From assembly GCF_000006405.1 (NCBI RefSeq), contig NW_003201530.1:1-64000 (forward strand): 64,000 nucleotides of DNA, given 5' to 3'. The stretch comes from Perkinsus marinus ATCC 50983 (taxonomy: Eukaryota). Of this stretch, positions 1 to 13,401 are shown piece by piece. The position numbers were made by a program, and so were the translations under genes. How positions within the stretch are numbered: position 1 is the first letter of the stretch; each line of letters starts with the position of its first letter. The notes below the pieces were generated by a model that was given only the letters and a program-made list of their open reading frames with translations, had not been told where the DNA came from and did no database searches.

Positions 1-264
1 TATAAAATTCCAAATTATATAAAATTCCAAATTATAAAAAATACCAAAATTATCACAATATATAAGGGGGACTTCCTCTCGAGACAGCGCTACTTCAGCT
101 TAGAATCTATATCATCTAGTTGAAGAAATATAAATTCTAATTCCAGTGTCAATTCCACGCTAGGACTCGGACCATGGCGGCGATCGGTTCGAGCCGCTCC
201 CCAACGACCGTGTTAAGGGGCGAGAACCCTCATGGTCCTAGGTAGCATGATCGATGATATTGTA

Positions 265-925
265 TGAAATACCAAAATATATACAAATACCAACTTATAT
301 ACAAATACCAACTTATATACAAATACCAACTTATATACAAATACCAACTTATATACAAATACCAACTTATATACAAATACCAACTTATATACAAATACCA
401 ACTTATATACAAATACCAAATTATATACAAATACCAACTTATATACAAATACCAACTTATATACAAATACCAACTTATATACAAATACCAACTAATATAC
501 AAATACCAAATTATATACAAATACCAACTTATATACAAATACCAACTTATATACAAATACCAACTTATATACAAATACCAAATTATATACAAATACCAAC
601 TTATATACAAATACCAACTTATATACAAATACCAACTTATATACAAATACCAACTTATATACAAATACCAAATTATATACAAATACCAACTTATATACAA
701 ATACCAACTAATATACAAATACCAAATTATATACAAATACCAACTTATATACAAATACCAAATTATATACAAATACCAAATTATATAAATTACCAACTTA
801 TATACAAATACCAACTTATATACAAATACCAATTTATATACAAATACCAGCTTATATACAAATTCCAACTACTATACAAATACCAAATTATATAAAATAC
901 CAAAATATATAAAATGCCAAATTAT
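265..925. repeat. 18-bp minisatellite (ATATACAAATACCAACTT)n, about 36 units; degenerate copies also at 1-63
   Basis: Direct tandem repeat. It lies just beyond the ankyrin-gene donor site (GT at 960-959, minus strand), so it is probably intronic. Confidence 0.95.
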
Positions 926-960
926 ATAATGTCTACCATTTCAAAGACTAGTAAACTCAC

Positions 961-3900
961 CGAATTTATGATTAGCAAGGGCAATGTCGAGAGCCGTCTG
1001 TCCCATCGTGTTAGTTGCTATCGGATCTGCCCCATGCTCCAGTAGTTGCGTCAGGCATACATCAACTGAGCACTCCAAACATGCCCACAACCACTGCACG
1101 CCACTCACATCCTTTCCGGGCGCATAAATGAATCGGCATCGACCCATCAGCGGCCTGAAGAGAAAAAGTGCCCTCGCCGGGGTTCGAACCCGGGACCTCC
1201 GCCCTACCGCTTTCCCCGGGTCCGCCCTTTTCAACAAGAGTGAATAAAGAAGCTTCTCTTGTCCACTCTCACTAGCATAATGCACCAGAGAGTACCTATC
1301 AAGACGTGATGTGAAGGAAGGGTGGTATGCAATTATCATAATTCACCCAGCAGCATCATCAAGCTTGTTAACCATAGCCTCGCGTGCTTCGGCCGAGCCT
1401 GCATAAGAATAGTACGGAAAAATATGTACATGGTCAACGTCGTATGTTGGTGATAATATAAAAACTACGAAGAAATTTAAGAAAAATATTATCGATTTCT
1501 GTACACTACTACCGAACTAATATGGAAACTAAGAGATCCAGTGTTGGAGAAGTATGTGTTTGCTTTCCTCAGCTGAGCTCAGAAGTTTCCTCACTAATTT
1601 ACAGAATTTTCCATTCAAATCCGTCTAGAAATATACAGAAACCAACAATTTCCTCAGAATTCTCAAGTGTCACCAACACATGTAATTGATTGTATGCGTA
1701 TTCCCCCCACACTGAAGAGATCAACTCCGACGCCCCTCACCTGGTCCATCTGGTGCCAAGCTCTCCAAGGCCGACTCCACTACTATAGTGTAACCAGCCA
1801 TAGCAGCATATGCCAATATACGGCTCACTTCACGTTCCTATATCCGCACATCACAAAACTAACTTCATACCAAAATCGACCTTATATTTGCTTTGCACCG
1901 TTGAAGTGATGCGAAATCCACAAGTATTTTATCGAGTAGTTTCAGTGAGTCCATTGTTGCTCATAAAGAATAATACAAATTTACTCTTCCTAAAACTAAG
2001 GATTGATTTCGATTCCTTTAACGATACGGTTCCTGAATCGCCTCTTAGTTCTTTCCGGGATTCCATATCGCGTCGAAAACGCATTTTACTTCCGCTACTC
2101 AAAAATTCAATATAACGAAAATATGCGGCTACATTTCCTGACGACACTTATAAAATTCTAAGCAAATTTTTGTTGTTGGCTCTGCTACATAAATTTCCAT
2201 AACCAGCCAGAAAACTCATGAGCTCAGTTGACAAAGCCCAACATATACTCTGACACTGGATATACAATCTAACCTCATACTATAACAAATACTAAGAATA
2301 GAAATATGCACACTTCTCGGGTGTGAACTTGTAGGAACCTATAATGTTCCCGAGGGGGAACTCATTTTGGATTTTCCACGGATGGCTAGGAACACATTCT
2401 TCAATCAGTTTCCCATGTAAATGTCATCATCACATTAGCAACATTTTCCCATTTCATCAAAACCTGCGGAATATTATTTCTCAAGGTTAAATTGGTACCT
2501 GTTCTTAATATCACTGTTTAACTTCATTATACGATACCTCATCACAACATCTAATCTGAAACACTCCTTCAGAATGTACCAAAGCGAAAAAATATTTTTC
2601 CACTACGGAAATTTAAAATGCGCTTTTTATGACGACAACCCTTCAGAATAGAATCAAAGGTGTTACCGGTAGTGAACTGAAGTCCGTATGCTCACAGACG
2701 GCTCGAATCACAGGCATGGACGAGGTGAACATTGCCATACGAAGTGGACATAACGCATTTCCTAAACAAGATCACCAAGTTTTGGTATAGCGAACTTATA
2801 TAGTGCATGCAAATTCGATATGAATGCGAGTGTGAAAGAAAACAGCATCATTTTCCGCTGTTTTTCCACAGCTACAAGTTGTTATTCACTATCGCTTATC
2901 CTAGAATACAATTATACAAAAATACAATTAAAATCTACACACATTTTCGAGATTTGCATATCAGATTCACGCGCACTGTATTTTTTACTACGCCGAGAAA
3001 CTCAGCTGAAAAAGTGATTACTCTTGAGCCTTTCACAAATTCAAAACTAAAAATAAAATTATTTCTTCATAAAAAATTTCGAGTACAACATTTCCAATAA
3101 ACTTACGATAGTTCCATGGGTCAACCACTTGGCCCCTTCTCGCCACCGGTAGTCCATTCTGAAGGGAAAATCAACAACCATACAAGAGTGCTAATTTATC
3201 ATTATAATTTCTAATAAGGAGCCAGTGTGTTGTGACGATAATATGAAAAATTCTGAGAAAATTTTGGGAAATTTTTCTTGTTTTTTTACACTTCTTCCCG
3301 AATTCGTATGTTAACTTCTATAATCAGCGAGGAAACTGAGAAAAGGAAACATATATTCCAACACCAATTTAAGCGCATATATATATCTGATCGAATTTAC
3401 GTTACTCTCAGTAAATTCGTACTCACAAAAATGTCTACCGCAGTGCGAAGCAAACAGTTATGCATATCTAGATTTTCGAGATGGCTTTCTTCAATTCGAG
3501 AGTAATACGAATATAGACTACGGAACGCTTCTAAAACGTTGGTGTCAATCGATTCACATTGTTATCATGTTGATATTACTCAAAGTTGTACTTTGCATAA
3601 TAATCGACCTACCTGATCACCAGTGAGTACGTCATTAAGAGGATCATTCTGACTGAGGTGGAAAGGGGAATCAGCATCAGCACCAGCAACCAGCAGTGCT
3701 CTTGCTATGGCGGCATGTCTCTTACCTAGCCCAGTCACATGAGTTGCGGAAGGAGTGGTATGACAGGCGTGATAAAGTACTCAGCAATACTGTGCATTAA
3801 CATATGTATACTCTATATGTATAAACACATGGAAAACGATTGTAGTGTATGAAATATTCACGGAAATTAAGAAAATATGACAAATTTACGGAAAGCAAGG

Positions 3901-4270
3901 AAATATGGGAAAATTTACGGAAAGTAAGGAAATATGAAAAATTCAAAGCAAAAATTGGTTAACGGCATGCAAGGTAGAAAGTAGAAGTTAAAATTAGTAA
4001 AATTAAAATAAATTATATCGCCTTAAAGAAATTCCCTATTCATAACAGATTCGTTCATTCTTGTCGATAATAAACTACTCACAGGCTTGCGATTTGCATC
4101 TCACAAGATAACAGAAAAATTACAGAAAATTTTACAAATTTTACAGGGAAAAATCGCGCGACAGTCAAATAGTTGACTTTGTTCTCACTGATAGCATGGA
4201 AAAGGGGCCGAAGACCATCTTCATCAACACAGTCAGCATCAACTTTCTCATTGTGAAGTAAATCCTCAAC
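961..4270 (-). CDS. Ankyrin-repeat protein, multi-exon, partial
   Basis: Exons 1295-1208, 1154-1109 and 1065-961 join via GT-AG introns to give YSLVHYASESGQEKLLYSLLLKRADPGKAAADGSMPIHLCARKGFDVCLTQLLEHGADPIATNTMGQTALDIA. A further ankyrin exon near 4270-4178 reads VEDLLHNEKVDADCVDEDGLRPLFHAISENK. Confidence 0.8.
1539..1714. mobile_element. MITE family A (hAT-type, ~180-190 bp), representative copy; dozens of full or partial copies in introns across the window
   Basis: Termini CAGTGTTGG...CCACACTG with a perfect 8-bp TSD AAGAGATC (1531-1538 / 1715-1722). Internal CTGAGCTCAG palindrome in the family. Confidence 0.9.
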
Positions 4271-4439
4271 CTGAAAAAATGCCAAGAAAAGTTCATCATG
4301 AAGTGGTAGTCGGTTTTGGAGGAATATATGCTNNNNNNNNNNNNNNNNNNNNNNNNNNNNNNNNNNNNNNNNNNNNNNNNNNNNNNNNNNNNNNNNNNNN
4401 NNNNNNNNNNNNNNNNNNNNNNNNNNNNNNNNAGAGAAC

Positions 4440-7400
4440 ACGATTTGCTGAGGTATAGTTGAAGAGATGTGATGTTAATGTCAACTCAGAGGCTCGGGCC
4501 GTGGGAAAGCTGTCACGCCATCATACTCAAAGCTTTACTCGAGATTACCAGCACTAGAGCAGCGGAAAAAATACCGAATTTGAAGTTGCTGATGACTGAG
4601 CGCTGTGATTTCGATAAGGGGATATTTCAGTACAATTCAGGATTTCCAATACAACCGCAGTATCCTACTCAAGGACTAGAGGAGAATGTGATAGATAGGA
4701 AAAGGGAGGTATATACACATAAATTGATAGCACTACATTAGCTATGAGAAAAGGCTATGTATATACTACTAAGGACTGTGTATTGGGAAATTGCAATACA
4801 ACCGCAGTCTTCTACTCGAGGACTAGAGGAGAATGTGATAGATAGGAAAAAGTAGGTATATACAAATGAATCGGTAGCTATGAGAAAAGGCTATGCAGAT
4901 ATTACTAAGGATTTTGTACTGGGAAATTGCAATACAACTCACATTTCCAGCGACGATTTCAGCGAAGATACAAAAGAGCCGTTCGACGTGCGTCTCCGGT
5001 GTCACATCACCATACCCTACAGTAGTCAAAGTAGTGGTCATGAAGTACCTAGTCGGGTGATTCAATAGAAATCCTAGAGGATCACAGGGAGCTCACATTG
5101 CAGCTACGTACTGCTGGGCACGTGTGGCATCTACCATGTCCATTACGGTTATCCAGGATATATCGTGGTCTTCTATACTCAACTAACAAGAATTCATAAC
5201 ACATGGTCAACTACATGTGTTAATGATGATATGAAAATTCTAGAATGGAATTTCAGAAAAAAAAATCCTGTTGATTTTTGTACACTTCTACCCAAATTCG
5301 TATGTAAAGTTCCATAATAAATGAGAAAACTGCTGAGATCAGCTGAGGAAAGTGAACATGAATTTCAACACTTCTTCATAATCTCCTAAAAAGAGCACAC
5401 AAAGAGATATGGATAGGAAAACTGCAAAGCGAGCAGTAGATACTATGTACTGACAGTCTTAGCATTTTCTCTGCGTTAGTTCATTCGTCAGGTAAGACCT
5501 TAGCACGTCGGCTCCACAAGAGTGCGTCAAAATGTATTCACCTTCTATTTCAATTCGAAATTGTTACTCATAATTTCTATCCTCGAGAGATTGCTACGTT
5601 CCCCATACACCTATTTCATATATNNNNNNNNNNNNNNNNNNNNNNNNNNNNNNNNNNNNNNNNNNNNNNNNNNNNNNNNNNNNNNNNNNNNNNNNNNNNN
5701 NNNNNNNNNNNNNNNNNNNNNNNGTGTATCTTCCTACCAACTTGAGCACTCCCAATATGATCCACCATATTTCACTCTGTACTCTATGCTCTACCTTAGC
5801 CATGATAGTCATAGTCATATTCCCCAATCGGGCGAGCGATAATGTGCGAATCAATGTTATTGCCGACAGCTCACGAGAGTACTTGGGAATAAACTAACGG
5901 TCAAGCTATAAGATAATCAATACCAACGTCCTCACTAATCCCCATGGAATAGAGGTTAGAAGCTCTGGCCATAACCATGATCGCAAATACCTGATCATAG
6001 CTCTATATAGGCCGGAAAATCACGTCTTGAATAAGTTAGCAATATTTTCGAAGCTTCCGAGCCGCATCCCCCTGGAGCCCAGTATCGTCTCCAATTCGTT
6101 GTCTTCATTTACTTAGTTCATACCATTGGCTGTGGACTGTCGTCACTCATTAATACGATTACTTCCCTTGCCCGAATTTGTTGAGTTTCCCCTAGTGCAC
6201 ACACTAGGAGGAGTCGACAATACCAACGGCAATGGAGCCCAGCAGAAGATACAATGTGGCGTTGTCAACTACATATTTTGGTGACAATATGGAAATTCTG
6301 AGGAAATTCAGGTGAAATTCTTGTTGGCTTCTCTACGTTACTCCTCGAATTCATATGTAATTTCCTATAACTAGCAAGGAAACTCTCGAGCTCAGCTGAG
6401 GAAAGCAAACATATATTCCTACAACACTGAGAAAATACAGTGCGTGCCAATTTGATATGCAAATGTGTGTTATTTTTCGAGGTTGATGAAAATCAATGTG
6501 AAACTCTATCGCATACACGATGTAACAATGGCTATGAACATGTGTTGTGATGAAAGTACCCGTTTAGAACTGTGATAGCGACAAGTTGTTCACTATAATT
6601 TTTCTTTCAAAGTAACACGCATTTGCATGTCAAATTGACACGTACTGTATTCCCACCTTTGAGCAATTCTTTTGCGACTTGATATCAGAGCACCATTTTC
6701 ACTGAACTGGGTATGGAATTGGAGTAGAACATCAACAAGGAGAATCCTGTCGGGCATACAGAGCTCAGGTGAACACACCAGAGAACTTTCTCACGCATCT
6801 ATGATGAGGTGCGACAAGGGGTAGCCTTCCTGCGCCTATAAGGCGTTTATTATTTCAAGTGGGAGAAGCTCGACTTACCACAAATGCTGCTTGGAACGGT
6901 ACTCCGATAATTACAAACACCAAGGCTGCTGCCAGGATCATATCCCACAGTATTCGACCACCTGATCGGCCCGATGTTGATGTTGACGAAGTGCATTGTA
7001 TAATATACGATATATGAATATACGACGTGTGTTCCCACTACGATAGTATACGGCACTTCAGCATACCACACCATTTCACGACTAGCTTGGTAAAAACCCA
7101 GACCAAATTTGTTGAGTATTACTGATTTAGTCTGAGCCTATTGAACTGGGTTTGGGATTTACAACATTGATCTTGCCATCATTAAGTTGGTCTAGGCTTT
7201 CACTAAATTGGTCTAGGCTTTTACTAAATTGGTCTAGGCTTTTACTAATTTGGTCTAGGTTTTTACTAACTTGGTCTAGGTTTTTACTAATTTGGTCTAG
7301 GCTTTTACTAATTTGGTCTAGGCTTTTACAAATTTGGTCTAGGCTTTTACTAATTTGGTCTAGGCTTTTACTAATTTGGTCTAGGCTTTTACTAATTTGG

Positions 7401-8735
7401 TCTAGGCTTTTACTAATTTGGTCTAGGCTTTCACTAATTTGGTCTAGGCTTTTACTAATTTGGTCTAGGCTTTCACTAATTTGGTCTAGGCTTTTACTAA
7501 TTTGGTCTAGGCTTTTACTAATTTGGTCTAAACTTTCACTAATTTGGTCTAGGTTTTTCTTAATTTGGTCTAGGCTTTTACNNNNNNNNNNNNNNNNNNN
7601 NNNNNNNNNNNNNNNNNNNNNNNNNNNNNNNNNNNNNNNNNNNNNNNNNNNNNNNNNNNNNNNNNNNNNNNNNNNNNNNNNAGCTATAAGATAATCAATA
7701 CCAACGTCCTCACTAATCCCCATGGAATAGAGGTTAGAAGCTCTGGCCATAACCATGATCGCAAATACCTGATCATAGCTCTGTATTGGCCGGAAAATCA
7801 CGTCTTGAATAAGTTAGCAATGTTTCCGGAGCTCCCGAGCCGCATCCTCCTGGAGCGCAGTATCGTCTCCATTTCGTTGTCTTCTTTTTACTGAGTTCAT
7901 ACCATTGGCTGTGGACTGGCGTCACTCATCAATACGATTACTTCCCTTACCCTTATTTTGTTGAGTTCCCCTAGTGCGCACACTAGGAGGAGCCGACAAT
8001 ACCAACGGCAATTGAGTCCAGCAGAATATACAATGTGGCGTTGCTGGCAACTACATATTTTGGTGACAATATGAAAATTCTGAGGAAATTCGGGTGAAAT
8101 TCTTGTTGGTTTCTCTACGCTAGTTTCCGAGTTCACATGTAATTTCCTATAATTAGTGAGGAAACTCTCGAGCTCAGCTGAGGAAGGCAGACATATATTC
8201 CTCCAACACTGAGAAATTACAGTGCGTGCCAATTTGGTATGCAAATGTGTGTTATTTTTCGAGGTTGATGAAAATCAATGTGAAACATATATAGTGTAAC
8301 AATGGCTATGAACATGTGTTGTGATGAAAGTACCTGTTTAGAACTGTGATAGCAACAACTTGTTCACTATAATTTTTCTTTCAAAGTAACACGCATTTGC
8401 ATATCAAATTGACACGTACTGTATACCCACCTTTGGGCAATTCTTTTGCGACTCGATATCAGAGCGCCATTTTCACTGAACTGGGTATGGAATTGGAGTA
8501 GAACATCAACAAGGAGGATCCTGTCGGGCATACAGAACTCAGGTGAGCACACCAGAGTGCTTTCTTACGCATCTATGATGAGGTGCGACAAGGGGTAGCC
8601 TTCCTGCGCCTATAAGATGTTTATTATTTCAAGTGGGAGAAGCTCGACTTACAACAAATGCGGCTTGGAACGGTACGCCGATAATTACAAATACCAAGGC
8701 TGCTGCCAGGATCATATCCCACAGTATTCGACCAC
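4440..8735 (-). CDS. Voltage-gated K+ channel (KCNH/CNG/plant Shaker-like), multi-exon; S1-S3 exons present twice
   Basis: S1 GRILWDMILAAALVFVIIGVPFQAAF (~8735-8655); S2 ILLVDVLLQFHTQFSENGALISSRKRIAQ; S3 RYLRSWLWPELLTSIPW; S4-like LIRTLSLARLG; pore YFMTTTLTTVGYGDVTPETHVERLFCIFAEIVAG (~5050-4945). Confidence 0.85.
7186..7581 (-). repeat. 21-bp tandem repeat encoding heptads (SLDQISK)n, copy A
   Basis: Unit ACTAATTTGGTCTAGGCTTTT; runs into the gap. Confidence 0.9.
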
Positions 8736-9150
8736 CTGATCGGATCGACGTTGATGTTGACGAAGTGCACCGTATAGTATAGTATAGTATAGGATGCGAT
8801 ATATGGTATATATAATATAGGATATGTGAATATACGACGTGTATTCAGTATTTATACGGCACTGCAGCATACCACACCATTTCACGACTAGCTTAGTGAG
8901 AGGCCAGACCAAATTTGTTGAGTATTACCGATTCAGTCTAAGCGTATTAAACTGGGTCTGGGATCTACAACATTGATCTTGCCATCAAGCTGGTCTCGGC
9001 CTTCACTAATTTGGTCTAGGCTTTTACTAATTTGGTCTACAGTTCTACTGATTTGGTCTAGGCTTTTACTAATTTGGTCTACAGTTCTACTGATTTGGTC
9101 TAGGCTTTTACTAATTTGGTCTAGGCTTTTACTAATTTGGTCTAGACTTT
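7682..9150. repeat. Divergent (allelic) duplicate of 5904-7581
   Basis: Colinear, highly similar sequence beginning AGCTATAAGATAATCAATACC at 5904 and 7682, with the same MITE insertions, separated by a 100-N gap. Confidence 0.9.
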
Positions 9151-9361
9151 TACTAATTTGCTCTAGGCTTTCACTAATTTGCTCTAGGCTTTCACTAATT
9201 TGGTCTAGGCTTGCGTCAATTTGCTCTAGGCTTTCACTAATTTGCTCTAGGTTTTCACCAATTTGGTCTAAACTTTCACTAATTTGCTCTAGGCTTTTAC
9301 TAAGTTGGTCTAGGCTTGCGTCAATTTGCTCTAGGCTGTTAAAAATTGCTCCGCACATCAT
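8933..9361 (-). repeat. 21-bp heptad tandem repeat / coiled-coil-like ORF, copy B
   Basis: ORF ...SLEQIDASLDQLSKSLEQISES...; coding status uncertain. Confidence 0.8.
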
Positions 9362-9849
9362 TGAGTTGATCTAAGCTTCCAGTGTTTGATCTTGAAATGA
9401 TGTATTGCTATGTGCTCAAATATCAACTGACAATATGCGGCACATCAATGCTTCCCACCAATGTGTCGTAAGTGCCTTTTCAGCTTTATCGACTCTACCA
9501 TTAATTTTTATAAAAAAACGCATCAATTGAATAGGGAATAGCCCGGCTTGTGGACTGTGCAATGACAGGCCGCGCCTAAAACTTTCCTCAAGGATGTTGA
9601 TACAGTGTGGAAAAAATACACACATGTTTTTGACAACAAGGAAATCTGTGGGGTGGTTTTTGGTATTTTCCTGATATTTAACAAAAAAAATACCTAATAC
9701 CTCAATATTAATTAATAACTTAATAAACCTTATCTATAGGTACCTTAATATTTTCCTAACTACAATTAGTGAGGGAACTCCCCAGCTCAGATGAGGAAAG
9801 CGAACATATATTCCTCAACACTGTGCTAGTATGTGCGCGACCGACACGA

Positions 9850-12800
9850 AAATTCGTATGCAAGAAATCTTCTTCGTGGCAACCAACAAGAGGAGCTCCC
9901 AAGCTTACTAGACGACGGACTGACAGGTTCTGTAAAGAACTCTTTGACTGACTTCATAGTAGAAGTGCCAATCATGCTAAGCTGCTCTTTTACTGTCACT
10001 AAAACAAACAGAACTCATTCAGCGTTCCCCAGGGTTTGATAACAATGGGGAAAATGTTGCTAATGTGATGATGATGACATTTACATGGGAAACTGATTGA
10101 AGAATGTGTTCCTAGCCATCCGTGGAAAATTGAAAATGATTTCGCCTCCCGGGAACATTGTAGGTTCCTTGGTGCCAACCTACTGTTTTCACTCCCTTCC
10201 TCAACTATCAATCCTTGTAGTTTCAATCTGCTCGACAGTGCCAAAAGGTTCACCGCTGCTCGCCTTCCGACTCTCTTCGTGGTGCCTACTTCCCATGAGA
10301 ATATGCTAGGACATCATCAACACTGTCTCAATCACTCGTAGCACACAATGTGTCTCCCTCAGCTGAGGTTATAATAAAAATAGTTTTCATCGATCAAGTG
10401 CGATCAGGCTTTAAGACATTCCTCTGCTATTATTGTCGCAATCACTCGTAACACTGTGTTACGAGTGATGCACAAAGTGATCAACGTGACAACCTCACAA
10501 AGTGAAACATACACTGTGCATAGTGAACATAATTGTGTGTTACTAACACACAATTTGTCTCTCTCGGGTGGAGGAATTACTCAGTTAAGCTTATAATAAA
10601 AATAGTCTACAACGATAAAGTACAATCAGGCTTTATAAAAATAGATCACATTATATATATTTTCAAAATAAGGTCATTCCAACAATTAATGAAATATTCA
10701 TTAGTACACTGGAGTTTCACCCTAGTGATATGAAAAACACTAGTGAAAAACATATTTCACGACTACTGCATATCACCGCGAATATCGCGTTTTTCATCGA
10801 GTTTTACGCCACTTCACGTAAACCGAGTGAAACTCCATTATGTCCAGCGTAGTTTTGTTATCTCAATGAGGAAATCACTGACAAGATGCATGCAAAATCG
10901 ATCAAGTGCAGTGTCGTAATATATATAATCGCTTTCTTCAGCTGAGCCTAAAGGAGTTTCCTCACTAACTATAGGAGTTCATATACAAACAAGGGTAGAA
11001 ATATACAGAAATCACCAAGAATTTCCCAAAATTCCCTCAATTTCCATATTGTCACCAACATATGTGGGCGACCATGCGCATATTTTCCCCCCACACTTTG
11101 GTTGACCTACTGTGTCTCTCCGAGGTCCTTCCTGATGCAATGGTTACCGCCTTAGTCCTGCCTCCCGCTGTTCTCTCCTTATCAGCATCGTTGTATCTCG
11201 AAAGATTATGCTGGTGTCGGAGAAATATATGCTGAGCTTAGGAGTTTCCTCAATAATAGTTATACGAATGAGGGTAGAAGTGTACAGAAACCAATGAGAA
11301 TTCCCCAAAATTCCTTCACAATTTCCATATTGTCACCAAAACATGTACAGTGTGAACCATGTTAGCAAAGTATTTTTCTCGTAAGGAGAGCCCCTAAGGA
11401 TGATGATACCTGTCCAAGAGCTCCTTCAAATGGCCTGGTGGTAGCTCCGTTGCTAGAGGTACAGCCGCATCGTTATCAGCGCCCTCAGGCTCTCCAGTGG
11501 GTGGTGCCTGGTGAAACCAGGGTGGGAAAATATGCACATGGTCAACAATGTGACAATGGGGAAATTCTTGCGGGGTTTTTTATATTTTTACCTGCAAGTG
11601 GTGTGTGAATTTTCATCGTGTAACTCAGGAAATTCCTGAGCTCAGTTGAGGAGAAAACAGCAAATTTGCCGATTCTTAATATTGTTTTCAACTTCGAAAC
11701 CACACCAAGATCAATTCATCATAGTACGAGCCAAGTTGCTTCCCTCGAGCCCACGATAGCAAAGACCCTCCTCGCTTACTGATCGGTCTCTATGTGACGG
11801 TGATTCTCCTCCGCTCTGTCGTGTGGCATCTAGAGGGCCGAGACGGCTCCTACTGCCACCCGACTGAGTTCTATCTAAACTGTTTCTCCGTTTTGGGTCC
11901 TCAGCATTGAAGTTAGTCAGTGAGCCTCTATTGCGTTTAACATCAACTCGATGAACTCTGTCGGAGTGCGACGATGGTGACGAGGACTCAGGTGAACGCT
12001 CCTTCGTCGTTCGTCTTCGAGGAGAAAGAGACATCTGTCTTGGCTCTGTTGGTAACGCCCCTGGGAGATCGGGTACCCTATGGGCTCGTTTTTCTGCACT
12101 CCTGAGAGCGGTGATTGGTGACACGCTGTGTTTCTATGCATACCCTTATACAGTAGAGGGTTGAGACGTGTGTGGGAAAATATGAAAATTGTGAGGAAAA
12201 TTCGGCAAATTCTTGTTGGTCTCTGAAAACTTCTATAATTAGCGAACTAGCTCCTGAGCTCAGCTGAGAAAAAAAAACGAACATAAATTCCTCCAACACT
12301 ACAAAGGCAGAATTTCCGTGTGCGCTACAGTAGAATGATTGCTAGGCTCAGATTGCCGTATATAGAAAGAAAACACCCAAGGCTTACGCGATTTCCGATT
12401 TTCTCTTTCCAAAGACTATCCCTCCTTGCTGTTTAGCAGTAGTAGGGCTTGGCTCAACACCATCACTCGACGATGGTGACTCGGGAGCTTCTGAATCACC
12501 ATCGTTGTTGAGCATGCGTACGGAGTGATGTCTATCTCACCCGAGCGGGGGAAAAAGACTCTACCATATTTCTTCCTCTCCCCAGGGGAAGAGCGCCCGT
12601 CGTAGCTGCTGCCAGGGCTACCTGTCGTAGCTTTCTCTGACCATAGCTCGGCTGCTATGGTGTCGATCTTGCTATTGAGAGATTGGGAAAGTTCATCTGC
12701 AATCAAGTCTCAGGCCTGGTTGGCTGTACAGTGCGAAGCAAACAGTTATGCATATGTAGATTTTCGAGATGGCTTTCTCTTCAATTCGAGAGTAATACGA

Positions 12801-13077
12801 ATATAGACTACGGAACGCTTCTAAAACGTTGGTGTCAATCGATTCACATTGTTATCATGTTGATATTACTCAAAGTTCACTTTCGAACTTTTAAAAATTG
12901 AAAATATTACTTTGCATAATAACGGTTTGGTTGTTGTTCACATTGTATTTACCGAGTTACCTATTGCTGCTTGTACGTCCAGAAGGACCGCCTTTGCTAT
13001 TTCGCCTGATATTGTTCTGATGCATTTAATGAGGTCTTCTCTATCGGTCGTTTCAGGGCTGCTAAAACAAGCTCCTT
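9850..13077 (-). CDS. Low-complexity coding exons, probably the long N-terminus of the K+ channel
   Basis: GC-richer open segments (12955-13077, ~12460-12706, ~11750-12125, ~9870-9999) on the same strand as the channel, separated by MITE-filled introns. No domain recognised. Confidence 0.45.
10030..10170. mobile_element. Dispersed repeat family E (~130-150 bp); also at ~2334-2465 (opposite orientation), ~15803-15920 and ~22330-22441
   Basis: Shared core ACATTTACATGGGAAACTGATTGAAGAATGTGTTCCTAGCCATCCGTGGAAAAT; termini unclear. Confidence 0.75.
12729..12945. mobile_element. MITE family B (Tc1/mariner-type, ~215 bp); other copies at ~3440, 15255, 17632, 21796, 37735, 38742, 43299-43513 and 45412
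   Basis: TA-CAGTG...CAYTG-TA ends; nearly invariant core AATATAGACTACGGAACGCTTCTAAAACGTTGGTGTCAATCG. Confidence 0.9.
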
Positions 13078-13401
13078 NNNNNNNNNNNNNNNNNNNNNNN
13101 NNNNNNNNNNNNNNNNNNNNNNNNNNNNNNNNNNNNNNNNNNNNNNNNNNNNNNNNNNNNNNNNNNNNNNNNNNNNNCACTGACTAGGAAGTCTCTAACA
13201 CATACGCCTAAGGCGTAAGACTTTACGTCTAGCGACAACCCTGTTGATGACAATATGGAAATTCCGAGGGAAATTTTGGGAGATTACTGTTGACTGCTGC
13301 ACATTTCTACCCGAATTTGTATATAAACTTCTATAATTACTGAGGAAACTCCTGAGCTGAGGAAAGCAAAGACACTGGCCGTTGAAATGGTCACTTGTCA
13401 G

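Noticed and set aside
213..895. Long ORFs on both strands (IQIPTY, YKLVFV, YISWYL repeats)
   Set aside because: By-products of a stop-poor 18-bp minisatellite that is open in several frames on both strands and lies beyond a splice donor.
265..925. CRISPR array or telomere
   Set aside because: No unique spacers, eukaryotic context, and not a short G-rich telomeric unit.
2334..2465. Repeat E (and families A-D) as introner elements that create introns
   Set aside because: Copies occur in both orientations and mostly inside introns without matching both splice sites. The TAG near the end of E is also present in the antisense copy at ~10160.
12683..12901. Recurrent small ORFs such as [23 protein letters not shown] and CWRNIC...
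   Set aside because: Translations of non-coding MITE copies.
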